DNA of 63,792 nt, counting the filler, from Ionaspis alba (taxonomy: Eukaryota): the NCBI GenBank assembly GCA_964255285.1. It is 7 parts of 7 records of this genome, joined end to end, with 100 filler letters (N's around TTAATTAATTAA, not from the genome) between each part and the next. Parts side by side here need not be neighbours in the genome. Positions count along the whole stretch, not along the records: positions 54,844 to 63,792 come from CAXUUL010000692.1; 6 more parts are not named here. The stretch is one strand, 5' to 3'. The position numbers were made by a program, and so were the translations under genes. A model generated the notes under the pieces. The model saw nothing but the letters and a program-made list of their open reading frames with translations, did no database searches and was not told where the DNA came from. Below, one piece after another: positions 61,228 through 63,792 of the stretch (positions are counted from its first letter, which is position 1; every line of letters starts with the position of its first letter).

Positions 61228-61981
61228 AATGTCAAAATAATTCTGTCTCCAAAGGCCTTGTGTGAGGGATAAAATGCAATAAATCTTCAGGACGTACATA
61301 GTATATACATCGGTCTCAAATAACCATGGAGAAGTCAAAAGTCCGTGTGGCCTCAGCCAGCCATTCCTGCAGTCAGCCAATGTCTCAGCAGAGCGTCAGC
61401 ACGCCTCTTCTGCAGTCAGAAAGCGCCATCTAGGGAGGCTGTCGCTCAAGACCTCTCGTAGGTCGCGAGCGTCGTGCGGAACACGGTTTGAGTAATGAAA
61501 CCCAGGCATCCGGTTGGCTGCGAGGTATGCGGTGGACTAAAACCATTGTGAGGCTGACACGAGTGATTATTTAGTCTGCTTTTTACCCGTGGGTGAAGTA
61601 CTTTCGGCCCATTAGGTACATGGAGTAGATAGTGGCTGATATTTAGGGCGTAGAATGGCGAAGAGCACCCATTTCTTGTTTGACAATCGAACTGGAGCCT
61701 TGCAAGAGAGTACGAGGGAACATGTACTTCTGCGATTGCTGCCTTTGAGCGATTACAATTGGAAGTAATAATGAGATAGCCTTGCATCCAGAATCGGTGT
61801 TGATCTCAGAAGTACTTCGAGCTGACGCGGCTGAGTGGAATATTCCTGTTACTAAGCGAAAAGGTGATATGCCAAGCATTTTGCAGAACCCACGGTCCGC
61901 TTCTTTACTTTCGCTCCTGTCAAGACAACCATTGACAGTGGCTACGAAGAGCCTCAAGCTGCAGAGGGACTCACCGCCATT

Positions 61982-63355
61982 ATGTCGGCCTCACTACCCG
62001 GTACACGCGATCTTCCTGCGTCCCAATACGACCTCACCACTTACTGGGGCCGTGTGAAGCAATCCGCCGAAATAGCAGATCCTAGGTGAGGACAAGCCAG
62101 CCAGAGGAGAGAACACCGCGAAACACCGCCCCACCAATGTCAAGGTGTGGTAGGTATTACCGCAATCTCATTGAGCGTCTTCCCACATGTGAAAACAATG
62201 AATGTGGGAACTTGGACTGACTGTTATTGGGGATTTTGTAGGACGTTATTTGTGTCCTCTGCAGGTCTTGAAAATGCAAAGAGGCTGGTGGAGTCGTACA
62301 AGAAGGGGGAGGTGCAGAGTATGACGCCAGAGATATGGCAGGCGAAGAAGGTGGTGGATTCAACGCTCCATCCTGGTGCGTGTCTTATCCTTCACTTTGG
62401 ATAAAGGAAGGCATTGTGTTAGACAGGAAGGATTGACGGTGGGAAGATACCGGCCAACCCGTATTCCTCCCATTCCGCATGTCGTGCTTCGTCATATCAA
62501 ACCTCGTGGTCACAGCTGGCATGTTGACACCAAATCTACGAGTACGCCTCCAGTTCCAATGACATGCCTACTTCCGGAGCTATGGACGGGCATTGACATC
62601 CGTAACAGACAACAGGCACACTTGCCTGGCAAATCACCAACCAATCCCTCAATGTGGCTATCAATAGTGCCAACGCCAACAAATCCACACTTCTTTCCAC
62701 CAGCACCCTTATTCGCTCCTACCTCCTTGCCGTTTCAGCATCTTGTGGGGTAGCTCTTGGACTTAACGCCCTGGTCCCCCGACTACGCTCCGTATCGCCT
62801 GGAACGAGAGTTGTACTGGGGAGACTTGTACCGTTCGCAGCTGTGGCAACTGCTGGGGCCTTGAATGTATTCCTGATGAGGGGAGAGGAGATAAGATGGG
62901 GTATTGATGTTTTTCCTGTCGCGAAATATGGTGAAACGAAGGAAGGCGAAGGGGAAGGAGGTCAAGACGTGGCAAAGAGTGAGAGTCTTGGGAAGAGCAG
63001 AAAAGCGGCTACGCTGGCAGTTGGAGAAACAGCACTAAGCCGGGTGTTCAATGCGACACCGATTATGGTGCTGCCCCCATTGATTTTGGTGAGGTTACAG
63101 AAGATGGAGTGGCTCAGAAGTAGGCCGCGTTTGGTGCTACCCGTGAATCTTGGTAAGTTCTAGGCATTGGGCTGCCGTAAAGGCTAGTGGCTTATGTGGG
63201 TTGCAGGGCTGATACTGACGACTTCAATATTTGCACTTCCGCTTGCGCTGGGAGCATTTCCGCAACGACAGGCTGTGTTAGCTCGAAGTTTGGAGAAAGA
63301 ATTTTGGGATCGCGGAGGAGAAGGCGGGATGGTAGAGTTCAATCGGGGAATATGA
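61982..63355 (+). CDS. FSF1: Mitochondrial sideroflexin (Fsf1)
   Basis: MSASLPGTRDLPASQYDLTTYWGRV...DPR, 'STLHP|DTG.PVFLPFRMS', 'NQSLNVAINSANAN', 'GRLVPFAAVA', C-terminal 'FNRGI*'. Four introns. Confidence 0.95.
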
Positions 63356-63792
63356 AAGTCTTCCCATAGATGTGGACTATTCCTGCCGAGGTCTTCTTCG
63401 ACGCTGCCTGCAATTGTGTCAGGCGACTCAAACAGTTGATAACATCAACTCTCAGATCGGTTGCTTTTCGTTCTGAAGAGATCCACTGCCTGCAGGAAGG
63501 TTTTCATGTCAGGACATGGCCGATATAAAGCTCAAAGTCTTTGAAGTCGTACCCTCATGGCGGAACTTCCGAGACTCTTTCAACAATGACTCTATCGTTC
63601 ACTGAGGTCATCGGACTCGGCATCTACTTGCTCTACTCGGGACTTGTCGTCCGCTAATCCACTGTCGATAAGACCGAAAGGCCGTGTGCAGATCAGCTGA
63701 TTCACCTGGGATGGTGTGTTGGGAGATCTTTGCTTTGATCAACCTGACAGCGCATTCATATTCGTCGTGAGAGACAAGATATCCAATTAGAA

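Noticed and set aside
62180..62210. Iron-responsive element in sideroflexin
   Set aside because: No CAGUGH loop or bulged C; it is intronic, and IRE/IRP control is not established in fungi.

Overview
Filamentous ascomycete (Pezizomycotina) nuclear DNA with short spliceosomal introns; finer taxonomy cannot be fixed from sequence alone. The window is not one locus. It consists of seven unrelated scaffolds of strictly decreasing length (9182, 9120, 9016, 8988, 8978, 8959, 8949 bp) joined by 100-bp N44-TTAATTAATTAA-N44 spacers, so neighbourhoods only mean something within a segment. Most genes are housekeeping: NIC96, a rhodanese-PTP phosphatase, a single-domain MetE-like enzyme, a VIT-vWA protein, centrin CDC31, a 2-hydroxyacid dehydrogenase, Fpg glycosylase, MIX23, GPN1/NPA3, CWF19, homocysteine methyltransferase, TRS20, a velvet-domain protein, TFB5, an Rds1-like ferritin, two MFS transporters, an SDR, a BBE-like FAD oxidase, sideroflexin and an intron-containing tRNA-Arg(TCG). 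The best candidate for an undescribed system is a head-to-head pair at 15928-18361: a PD-(D/E)XK nuclease-like gene and an atypical (FTA2-type) kinase-like gene, both with NLS-like tails. This resembles a two-gene version of the Spok/Crinkler nuclease+kinase toxin-antidote module. Second is a secreted Lys/Ser-rich, apparently Kex2/Ste13-processed precursor with silaffin-like repeats (36215-36606). Family assignments come from motif recognition, not database searches.
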